A stretch of DNA of 64,000 nt from an uncultured Alphaproteobacteria bacterium. GTDB taxonomy: Bacteria > Pseudomonadota > Alphaproteobacteria > RF32 > CAG-239. Below, piece after piece: positions 1 through 7,888 of the stretch. Both the position numbers and the translations under genes were made by a program. The stretch spans positions 51,021 through 115,020 of the forward strand of contig CAJTLY010000004.1 in assembly GCA_910577095.1 (NCBI GenBank), read 5' to 3'. Numbering within the stretch: the first letter of the stretch is position 1; each line of letters starts with the position of its first letter. A model generated the notes under the pieces. The model was given only the letters and a program-made list of their open reading frames with translations. It was not told the origin of the DNA and did no database searches.

Positions 1-73
1 GCCGGTTCATCCCCAGCACCCCGGCGGCACGCAGCTGGGCGGGAGTTGCAAAATTCCTGAACCAGTTAAACAT
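1..73 (-). CDS. N-terminal fragment of an alpha-L-glutamate ligase-related (RimK-like) protein; the gene continues beyond the window start
   Basis: Reverse strand reads ATG at 73..71, giving MFNWFRNFATPAQLRAAGVLGMNR... The 'LGMNRRN'-type start is typical of the RimK-related ligase found with UUP1 and retropepsin-like partners. The start overlaps the stop of the upstream gene. Confidence 0.4.
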   Translation of the reverse strand, partial: MFNWFRNFATPAQLRAAGVLGMNR

Positions 74-1607
74 GGCGAGCGCCTTTTTTGGCAAGCGGCG
101 CAAACCGGGTCAGTTCGGTCAGGCGATAGCCGGTATAAGTTCCAAGCAGCATCACAATAAACAAAATCACCAGATTATATTCGTTAAAAGCAAACATGAT
201 ATGACGGATATATTCGTTAACAATCACAAAATAAGTGATCACCGCCACCAACACGCTGTAAACGATTTCTTTGGTTGCGTTAACGGCTCCGTCTTCTTCC
301 CAGGTGATTGACGCGCGTTCAATGATCCATGCCATAATGATAATCGGGAAAAACAGTGCCGAAGAAGCAATTTCCCACTTCCATTGATAGCCGACGATTG
401 CCAGGGCCTGCATAATCAGAATCACAAAAATGACCACAGCCGAAATGCGCGGCACCAACAGCAGATTAAGACGCGACAGCGCTGCCCGAATCAACAGCCC
501 GATACCGATAATCACCGAAAAACAAATCAACCCCGGCCAAAATCCGGTTTTGACCAACGACATTGAAATCAGCATCGGCGTAAAGGTCCCCATCGTCTGA
601 ATTCCCACCACGTTGCGCATCAAAACCACCGTCAAAATTGCCAGCGGAAAAATCATCAGCCACTTGAGGGCATTTTGTTCGTTAAGCGGCAGATTATAAA
701 TCGAATAGTCAAACCAGCTGCGGCTGTGAGACAATTCGGCACGATGCCCGGCCATCCGGAACGACGAACGGATTGACTTCATGACCGAGAATTTGGCAAC
801 CGAATCGGTTCCCCCTTCCAAATCGACCAACGACTGGTTACCGCGCTGAAAGATAATAAAATCACCCGGCAGTCCTTTTTTTCCGGTTTCCAGATTATAA
901 ACCTTCCACATCCCTTTGTTATAAACTTCCAGCATAATGTCCGGCACCAGCGTCTTTTTGGCTTCGGCAAGCTTAATCCCGCGCACCATCCGCCCCGACA
1001 CGCCTTTCAAAGCCAACAAATCCAAAACCGCCTGCGCGGTTGCTTTCGGCGTCCGTGGCGCCGCAACAAACGATTGTACCGTTTCATCAGGCGGCGTTTG
1101 GTTAAACAAAGCGATAATTTGCTGAACTTCGTCTCCTTCCCGCTCCGCTGCCGTCTCCAACAATTGGGCGGCAAGCGCCGACGTCTGTTCGTCCATCACC
1201 GGTTTCTGAGGTTTTGCCGGCGCAGCGGCCTCCGTTTTGCCGCGACTGTCAACGTTATCATAAAGCAAAATGCGATAATAAATATCCTGCGGTTTTTTCC
1301 GAGGCGCCGACGAAACAATCACCCGGTCGCTTTTTTTCTCAATTGTATACTTGGGTGCCACGATATCTTCATCAAGTATCTTAAAGCCGTCAATTTTCCC
1401 CGGCCGCGCCAATGACACTCGGATTTTTCGGCCGTCCGGCACAAAACTGATATGTTCCTCAATCGTCCATACATCGGTGGTTTTGCTGGGCGTAAAGTTA
1501 AACCCCCAATACGTCACCTTATAATAGGTGCTGAAACCGGCATAAAGCAGCGACAACAACAGCCCGATCGTTAAAAACGTCCTTACAGATTTCAATTTTT
1601 TTAACAT
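66..1607 (-). CDS. membrane protein: inactive transglutaminase-like N-terminal domain fused to a C-terminal multi-TM (7TM) domain (UUP1-like, RimK-associated)
   Basis: 513-aa ORF with an N-terminal signal/TM segment and a soluble domain, followed by about seven hydrophobic helices in the C-terminal 200 aa. It lies between the retropepsin-like protease gene and the RimK-like start. Confidence 0.5.
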   Translation of the reverse strand: MLKKLKSVRTFLTIGLLLSLLYAGFSTYYKVTYWGFNFTPSKTTDVWTIEEHISFVPDGRKIRVSLARPGKIDGFKILDEDIVAPKYTIEKKSDRVIVSSAPRKKPQDIYYRILLYDNVDSRGKTEAAAPAKPQKPVMDEQTSALAAQLLETAAEREGDEVQQIIALFNQTPPDETVQSFVAAPRTPKATAQAVLDLLALKGVSGRMVRGIKLAEAKKTLVPDIMLEVYNKGMWKVYNLETGKKGLPGDFIIFQRGNQSLVDLEGGTDSVAKFSVMKSIRSSFRMAGHRAELSHSRSWFDYSIYNLPLNEQNALKWLMIFPLAILTVVLMRNVVGIQTMGTFTPMLISMSLVKTGFWPGLICFSVIIGIGLLIRAALSRLNLLLVPRISAVVIFVILIMQALAIVGYQWKWEIASSALFFPIIIMAWIIERASITWEEDGAVNATKEIVYSVLVAVITYFVIVNEYIRHIMFAFNEYNLVILFIVMLLGTYTGYRLTELTRFAPLAKKGARHV

Positions 1608-1637
1608 ACGCAGTCCTCAACCACAAATAATGCCGAC

Positions 1638-2204
1638 TTAGCGCAAGGTGTTGGCAAGCGAAGTGTCGACAATTGCCCGACCGGTCAGAATATTGCGTCC
1701 GATCAGCCCCTGATAATTAAAGCGGTCACGTTCCGCCAGCGAAAATTGTTCTTTAATGATTTCATCACCCATTTTGATATCCATCACCACCACGATCCGT
1801 TCTTCGCGGCCGTTGATGCGTTTGACTTTCGGCTGACGCTTGATTTTCTTCTCAAAATGGTGTCTTTCGCCGCTCTCCCGGTTTACCAAATCAAAGGCGA
1901 CCCATTTTTCACCGTCGCGTTCAAACAAACGGTGATTGTCGGTATCAATCGAAGACGTTTCGGCACCGGTGTCAATACGCGACAAAAACGGAGATTTCAT
2001 CGGCAAAAAATAAACCGGTTCCACCGCGCCGATAACTTTCAACTGACGCTTTACCGGCTGCGGTTGCGGTTTGCTGACCTTGCTTTCCGGCATTCTCACC
2101 TCCACGCCCGGCACAATCGCCGGCCTGATTTCCTGCCGGGTTTGGCAGCCGCCTGCAATCAACAGCGCCGCGGCAAGGGTTGTCTTAAACAAAATATTAG
2201 CCAT
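1638..2204 (-). CDS. retropepsin-like aspartyl protease lipoprotein (DUF785 family, annotated 'ATP-dependent zinc protease'; RimK-associated)
   Basis: The ORF track gives 1638..2657, but a lipoprotein signal MANILFKTTLAAALLIAGGCQ begins at an internal ATG (complement 2204..2202). The family motif ...VNRESGERHHFEKK...RNILTGRAIVDT is present. The upstream part of the ORF is AT-rich and non-coding-like. Confidence 0.55.
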   Translation of the reverse strand: MANILFKTTLAAALLIAGGCQTRQEIRPAIVPGVEVRMPESKVSKPQPQPVKRQLKVIGAVEPVYFLPMKSPFLSRIDTGAETSSIDTDNHRLFERDGEKWVAFDLVNRESGERHHFEKKIKRQPKVKRINGREERIVVVMDIKMGDEIIKEQFSLAERDRFNYQGLIGRNILTGRAIVDTSLANTLR

Positions 2205-2339
2205 ATCATCTCTTTGATGTATTGTTTTTAATGTACCTTTATTTATCTTCAAATATACCCAAATGTAAAGCAAAAAAAATTTTATTGTGATCACTTTTTT
2301 AATGACTTTTTTTCTAAAAACCGCTATATTTGTACAAAA

Positions 2340-3392
2340 TTGAGAATCATAATCAGAATGAAAAAAGAAATGCCGTCCGACAAAACAAAATCCGCTAAAA
2401 TTTTGAAAATAAAAGTCCGCAAAAATCTCTATCGCCTGCGTAAGTTTCTCGCCGGGCTGACGATGGCGGGAACGGTAGCATCCTCCCCGCTCAACGCCCA
2501 GGCTCAACACAATACGGAAAAATCCCTCCGTACCCCGGCAGATACCGGTATGCTTGTCGCTGACAATCATGCCCCTGCAAACGCTTTCGTCGGATCGGAA
2601 GAAATGCTCGCTTACGGCAGACTGATCGAAGTCGACATCCAAAATGAAATCAACCAACGGGCCGACTGGTTAGTCGACGAGTACTTGAAAGCCACCTCCA
2701 AGCATCTCAAAGCCATCAAAAAAGCAACGGCAAACGGACAAAAAACCGCATATGTCAAAAACAATTTTTTCAATATCGTTTATCCCAACGGCGGCCTGTC
2801 CGGCAAAAACAACTATTGTATTACCGCCATTAACCGCGCTCTGATTGATGCCAACCGTTGCGGCGATCTCAACAAAGTGTTGCCGCAGTATACCACCGAA
2901 GGTGCACAGGCAGTCGAATGCAATCGTTTCATCGCTTATCTGACCCGGAAAGGTTTTGGGGACTGCATCCGGCAAGGTACAATCAATACCGCCGATCTCG
3001 AACCGGGAGACATCGTCATGACTCCCCGCGGCGGCGGTTATTTTCATGCCACCACCTACATCGGCAACGGCAAAGTTCGCAGTTTTAACCGTGACGGAGA
3101 ATGGGCATTGAAAAAACAAAGCGGTATCGTGATCAAACTTCGCCATATCGTCCAAAAGGCAATTTTACTCGAACTGCAAAACAGCCGTCTGATTGATATT
3201 GAAAAAGGCAACCTGCAGGTCATCTCGATACAGGAAGCTCAAAAAATGATGGAGTTTTTCTACAAAGGCCGTAAAATCGATAACGACAGCCGGCAAGCGA
3301 TGGCGGCCCTTCAGATCAAGTCTCCGCATTACCTTACGGCATCAGCAGCCGCCCGCTTCTCTGGAGCACGCCGAAACAGACGGGAAATATAA
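2340..3392 (+). CDS. hypothetical exported protein; a Cys...His pattern (NYCITAIN ... GGGYFHATTYIGNG) suggests a possible papain-fold (NlpC/CHAP-like) peptidase
   Basis: 350-aa ORF with a hydrophobic signal-like segment LAGLTMAGTVASSPLNAQA. The true start may be internal. Confidence 0.35.
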   Translation: MRIIIRMKKEMPSDKTKSAKILKIKVRKNLYRLRKFLAGLTMAGTVASSPLNAQAQHNTEKSLRTPADTGMLVADNHAPANAFVGSEEMLAYGRLIEVDIQNEINQRADWLVDEYLKATSKHLKAIKKATANGQKTAYVKNNFFNIVYPNGGLSGKNNYCITAINRALIDANRCGDLNKVLPQYTTEGAQAVECNRFIAYLTRKGFGDCIRQGTINTADLEPGDIVMTPRGGGYFHATTYIGNGKVRSFNRDGEWALKKQSGIVIKLRHIVQKAILLELQNSRLIDIEKGNLQVISIQEAQKMMEFFYKGRKIDNDSRQAMAALQIKSPHYLTASAAARFSGARRNRREI

Positions 3393-3461
3393 ATCGACCG
3401 GTTTAAATTCAAAGCCCCTGCGCTGCCGGGGCTCTCTTTTTACACCTCGCACTTTCCCGTT

Positions 3462-4691
3462 TCAGAAAAAGAAACTGGCACGTAAACTGACCACGGTATC
3501 ATAATCCGCTTTTCGGTTAAGAGCCGGATCAATATAAAATTGAATATCGGGCGTCAATGTCATCCATTTCGATATTCCCCAGGCCCAATAGGCTTCCACC
3601 ACTTTTTCGCTGCTGTGATAAATCTTATCACCCACGGCTGCTTCGTCAATTTTGTTATAGGCAAAAGCCAATCCGATCTGATCCAACGGATTGCGGTCAA
3701 TCGGATTATTGTAAACCATGCCCAACACCCACGACTGGTTAATTGTGGCCACCGACCCCGAAACGCCGTTAACCCGTCCGAACACCGCCAGCTTTTTGCC
3801 GATATTCTGATTAACATTGAGCGACCAGCCGTTCGTGGTCTGTTGCTGCTCTTTTACCCACGGCTGATTGTATAACAAAACCGAAATTTGAGTTTCGCCG
3901 ACGCCTTTAATCGTCGGAGTGTAGGAAACATAACCAAAGGTAGTATAATGTTTTTCATCAAGATGATTGACTCTGACACTGATGGCATCGACGTTCGTCG
4001 CATCCTGAGCCCCGGCGGCAAACGTCCATTCCGAGTTCGGAGTCGCTTGCATATAGGCGCCGACACCGGCGGTCGAATACGTTGAGCTGGCATTCTGTGA
4101 CAAAGCAAAATTGATAAAGTTCACTTGCTGGTTGGAATCATATTGGGTGCCGTCAAAGTTATACAGCGGAAACTGTCCCGCCGCTACGGTAAGCCATTTC
4201 CACGAACCGCCCAGCTGATAACTGTAATAAAGTTCATCAAACTCGTTTGACTTGGTACTGTAGTCGTTAATGTCACTCACCACACCGATGTTACTGCCGA
4301 TCCGGGCAGCCGAGGAACCGCCGTAACGGACAATATTGTAAGCAAAATTCAGAGTTCCGGTTCCATACTCATTGTCAAAAGTCGTCCAGGTAAAACTCGG
4401 ATAAATCATTGTCTGATAAGCGGTTTTGCGACCGTTCGGCGCACCGCGCTGCGGCATATAAGAAACGTCGACCGAATAATCAAAACCATATTCCTTGTTC
4501 AAATAATCCTTAAAATCCGCATAATCTTTGCCAAAATCGCTGAACGAAAAATGCCGGCGCGGCTGCGACACGTTGTCCGGCTGACGGGCACCGCGCGGCA
4601 GGCTGGCTGCGGGGATCGCCGAAGCGGCAGCGCTATGGGCAAACAACGTTCCGATCAAACTGCCGATTAACAAATACTGTTTTTTTGTCAT
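3462..4691 (-). CDS. outer-membrane beta-barrel porin (OprB/AaxA-like)
   Basis: Signal peptide MTKKQYLLIGSLIGTLFAHSAAASA. Composition rich in aromatics, Gly, Asn and Tyr. The C-terminal ...SLRASFFF ends in the terminal Phe typical of outer-membrane beta-barrels. It is adjacent and divergent to the decarboxylase/antiporter pair. Confidence 0.55.
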   Translation of the reverse strand: MTKKQYLLIGSLIGTLFAHSAAASAIPAASLPRGARQPDNVSQPRRHFSFSDFGKDYADFKDYLNKEYGFDYSVDVSYMPQRGAPNGRKTAYQTMIYPSFTWTTFDNEYGTGTLNFAYNIVRYGGSSAARIGSNIGVVSDINDYSTKSNEFDELYYSYQLGGSWKWLTVAAGQFPLYNFDGTQYDSNQQVNFINFALSQNASSTYSTAGVGAYMQATPNSEWTFAAGAQDATNVDAISVRVNHLDEKHYTTFGYVSYTPTIKGVGETQISVLLYNQPWVKEQQQTTNGWSLNVNQNIGKKLAVFGRVNGVSGSVATINQSWVLGMVYNNPIDRNPLDQIGLAFAYNKIDEAAVGDKIYHSSEKVVEAYWAWGISKWMTLTPDIQFYIDPALNRKADYDTVVSLRASFFF

Positions 4692-4870
4692 TATCTTTCC
4701 CTCTTGTCCGAAATTAAAATCTTTTTCAATTTAAATGCAAAAATCAAAATATAAAGGACAGGCCTGCACTTTTACATCTTTAGTATAATCGCGGCTTGAA
4801 AAAAACAGGGCGCTAATTACCTCATAGCCTGTAAAAACACAAAACAATTTTTTTATAAAGGAGAAACACT

Positions 4871-5452
4871 ATGACAGAAGGCGTTCGTTACCCGACTCTG
4901 GCATTTCAAACCGGCGGCGTCGGACAGGCCGATGAAGGAATTCCGCCGCAACCTTTCGAAACTTTCTGCTATGACTCGGCCCTCCTGCAGGCCAAAATCG
5001 AAAACTTCAATGTCATTCCCTACACCTCGGTTTTGCCGAAGGAATTGTTCGGCAACATCGTACCGGTCGACAAAGTCGTCAACCAGTTTAAACACGGCGC
5101 CGTTCTGGAAGTCATTATGGCCGGCAACGGTGCCAGCCGCGATGACCACAAAGCGATTGCAACCGGTATCGGCGTTTGCTGGGGCAAAGACGACAAAGGC
5201 GAACTGATCGGCGGCTGGGCTGCCGAATATGTCGAATATTTCGATACATACATTGATGATGACATCGCCAAAACCCATTGTGAAATGTGGCTGAACCGCT
5301 CGCTGAATCACGAACTCGAAATCCGCGGCGTTCAGAAACACAGCGAATTTCAACTGTACCACAACTACCTGAACATCACCCAGCAGTTTGGTTACAGTCT
5401 GACTTGCCTTGGCTTCCTGAATTTTGAACATGCAGATCCGGCCAAGGTTTAA
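4871..5452 (+). CDS. aaxB: pyruvoyl-dependent arginine decarboxylase (AaxB/PdaD family)
   Basis: 193 aa, the size of the PvlArgDC proenzyme. NFNVIPYT52-S53VLP places the Thr-Ser self-cleavage pair at exactly residues 52/53, as in chlamydial AaxB. It is immediately followed by an ArcD/AaxC-type antiporter gene. Confidence 0.7.
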   Translation: MTEGVRYPTLAFQTGGVGQADEGIPPQPFETFCYDSALLQAKIENFNVIPYTSVLPKELFGNIVPVDKVVNQFKHGAVLEVIMAGNGASRDDHKAIATGIGVCWGKDDKGELIGGWAAEYVEYFDTYIDDDIAKTHCEMWLNRSLNHELEIRGVQKHSEFQLYHNYLNITQQFGYSLTCLGFLNFEHADPAKV

Positions 5453-5591
5453 TCGGCTTTGATGAAGACAATTGAGTTTGTCAGATCTCAGTTGTTTTGA
5501 GAAGCTGATCCCGAACGTGAGGCGGAACAATCTTTAACCGGTTGCTTCGCCTCCTTTCGTTAGAATCAATTTTACAAAAAAGGATGTAAAA

Positions 5592-7196
5592 ATGACTGAT
5601 AAAAATAATATTTCCTACCCCGATGCAGCGTGCGGCAGTTCAGGAATCCGTACCACCGCCGCCGGAAAAAACGACTTTTCCCGAAGCGAAACACTGTATG
5701 ACGGCTCTCACGCCGATAATGTTGCCGCCCGCAACCATGTTTCCCATCCCGACACGCCGCAAAACTCATCCGGCGGTCTCGGCGTTTTTGCTTTGGCGGC
5801 CATTGTCGTCAGCTCTATGATCGGCGGCGGCATTTATTCGTTGCCGCAAAATATGGCGGCCGGCGCTTCGGCCGGTGCAGTACTGCTGTCATGGATCATT
5901 ACCGGATTCGGCGTTTACTTCATCGCCAACACCTTTCGCACTTTGTCAGTAGCCAAACCGAACCTCACCGCCGGCATTTATATGTACAGCCGCGCCGGAT
6001 TCGGCCCTTATGTCGGGTTTACCATCGGCTGGTCATACTGGCTGTGCCAGATCTGCGGCAACGTCGGCTATGCCGTCATCACCATGGATGCCCTCAATTA
6101 CTTTTTTCCGCCCTATTTTGCCGGCGGCAACAATCTGGCATCCATCATCGGCGGTTCGATTCTGATCTGGGGCTTCAATTTCCTGGTTTTGCGCGGCATC
6201 AAACAGGCCACGCTGATCAATGCAATCGGCACTGTGGCCAAAATCGTCCCGTTGCTGCTGTTCATTCTGATTACGCTGCTGGTTTTCCATCACGATCGCT
6301 TTGATTTTAACTTCTGGGGTGAAAACACCCGCACTCTCGGCGGCCTCAGCACTCAGATTAAAAGCACCATGTTGGTTACTTTATGGGCTTTCATCGGCAT
6401 TGAAGGCGCCGTCGTGATGTCCAAACACGCCAAAAGCCCGCAAACCGTCGGCAGAGCGACCGTTCTTGGCTTTATCGGCTGTCTCGTCATTTATGTCCTG
6501 CTTTCGCTGTTACCGTTCGGCTATATGAGTCAGGCCGAATTAGCCACGATTCCCAACCCGTCAACCGCCGGTGTCTTGGAAAAAATCGTCGGTCCCTGGG
6601 GCGCGTGGCTGATGAACATTGGACTGCTGATTTCGGTACTGACCAGCTGGCTGGCTTGGACGATGATTACGGCGCAAATCCCGCAGGCAGCAGGCGCAAA
6701 CGGAACTTTTCCCCGCGAATTCGCCCGCGAAAACAAATATCAGTCGCCTTCGGTTTCGCTCTGGGTCACCAGTATTTTAATGCAAGCCATCATTTTGCTG
6801 GTCTACTTCTCCAATAATGCATGGAACACGATGCTCAGCATTACCAGCGTTATGGTGCTGCCGGCCTATTTCTCAAGCTGTGCCTATTTGTGGAAAATAT
6901 GCGAAGACGGCGAATATCCGGCCAACGCCTACATCCGGCGTTCCACCGCTCTGATCTCGTCGGTAATCGGTTCGATTTACGCTCTGTGGCTGATTTATGC
7001 CGCCGGCCTCAACTACCTGTTAATGGCCGTTGTCTTCATGGCGATCGGTATTCCGGTCTTTGTCTGGGCGCGCAAACAATCGGCCCCGGATCAAAAAGCC
7101 TTTACCATCGGCGAAGCGGCCCTGGCCTGCCTGTTGGTTGTGATTGCGCTTTGGGCACTCTATGCCTTTTCGCGCGGAATTGTCAATCTCAACTGA
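5592..7196 (+). CDS. aaxC: arginine/agmatine (basic amino acid/polyamine) antiporter, APC superfamily, ArcD/AaxC-like
   Basis: 534 aa with about 12-13 TM helices. GVFALAAIVVSSMIGGGIYSLPQNMAAGASAGAVLLSWIITGFG matches the ArcD N-terminal signature ...LSSMLGAGVFSLPQNMA... Confidence 0.7.
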   Translation: MTDKNNISYPDAACGSSGIRTTAAGKNDFSRSETLYDGSHADNVAARNHVSHPDTPQNSSGGLGVFALAAIVVSSMIGGGIYSLPQNMAAGASAGAVLLSWIITGFGVYFIANTFRTLSVAKPNLTAGIYMYSRAGFGPYVGFTIGWSYWLCQICGNVGYAVITMDALNYFFPPYFAGGNNLASIIGGSILIWGFNFLVLRGIKQATLINAIGTVAKIVPLLLFILITLLVFHHDRFDFNFWGENTRTLGGLSTQIKSTMLVTLWAFIGIEGAVVMSKHAKSPQTVGRATVLGFIGCLVIYVLLSLLPFGYMSQAELATIPNPSTAGVLEKIVGPWGAWLMNIGLLISVLTSWLAWTMITAQIPQAAGANGTFPREFARENKYQSPSVSLWVTSILMQAIILLVYFSNNAWNTMLSITSVMVLPAYFSSCAYLWKICEDGEYPANAYIRRSTALISSVIGSIYALWLIYAAGLNYLLMAVVFMAIGIPVFVWARKQSAPDQKAFTIGEAALACLLVVIALWALYAFSRGIVNLN

Positions 7197-7221
7197 TACC
7201 GGCTCAAATCATATGCCGATT

Positions 7222-7262
7222 TAAAAACGCAACAAGGAGAACGGTCAACCCGTTCTCCTTGT
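7222..7262 (-). terminator. rho-independent terminator (12-bp stem caaggagaacgg/ccgttctccttg) for the gene at 7279..7848
   Basis: Perfect stem-loop preceded on the plus strand by an A-run, which is a T-run on the minus strand. Confidence 0.5.
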
Positions 7263-7278
7263 TCGCCATACTCGAAAA

Positions 7279-7848
7279 TTACAATTCTTTCACGATCTGC
7301 TTAAACTCCCAGGCCTTGCCCCAGCCTTTTTTCATGAAATGCGCCGTCGCAACCGAAAAAAGGTCTTGGAACGTCACCGACATGTCAGCATCGTTAAAAT
7401 GACGCCGAACAATACGATAATACCGACAATGGCGCAGCAGGTTCCAGAATCCGCGCTTTGAGAGTTTGTCTACTCGTTGCTGACAGCGCTGAAGAAAAGC
7501 CATGTTCTTCTGCATCAGATTTTGCATCCCGTAGTTGGGGTCGAAAACGATCATTTCCTTCAGCAGCGTCCAGTCCTTCTGAAAGTCACTGAAAGGTACA
7601 ACCGACGCGAGAGAACAGGATGTTCCGCTGGGATCGATGTTCTGCCAGAAACCGGTATTGACACTGTAGTCCATGGCAGCCTTCATTCGCAAAAGCTCCT
7701 TGACATACTGCACAAAGCGCTGCACAAAAAGGTGCTTGTTCTCTTCCTTAAAGATTAAGCCCAACTCACCGAGTTCGCTCAATTGAAATACGCATGGTAA
7801 CATAATATATAAGATTAAAAATTGTTCATAGTGAATATGATACGTCAA
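7279..7848 (-). CDS. hypothetical protein
   Basis: 189-aa ORF with no recognisable motifs. The start is uncertain. Confidence 0.3.
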   Translation of the reverse strand: MTYHIHYEQFLILYIMLPCVFQLSELGELGLIFKEENKHLFVQRFVQYVKELLRMKAAMDYSVNTGFWQNIDPSGTSCSLASVVPFSDFQKDWTLLKEMIVFDPNYGMQNLMQKNMAFLQRCQQRVDKLSKRGFWNLLRHCRYYRIVRRHFNDADMSVTFQDLFSVATAHFMKKGWGKAWEFKQIVKEL

Positions 7849-7888
7849 TTAGACAAAAAGTCAACCTTTATTATTTCTGTCCGCTGAT

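Noticed and set aside
1746-2231. 161-aa plus-strand ORF overlapping the retropepsin-like protease gene
   Set aside because: Antisense to the protease lipoprotein gene. His-rich artefact.
4692-4870. Possible sigma70 promoter (tagtataat -10) in the divergent porin/aaxB intergenic region
   Set aside because: A -10-like hexamer is present, but no convincingly spaced -35 element. Too ambiguous to annotate.
4853-5530. 225-aa minus-strand ORF overlapping the aaxB-like gene
   Set aside because: The plus-strand frame carries the diagnostic Thr52-Ser53 pyruvoyl-enzyme site and has good coding composition. The minus frame has no features.
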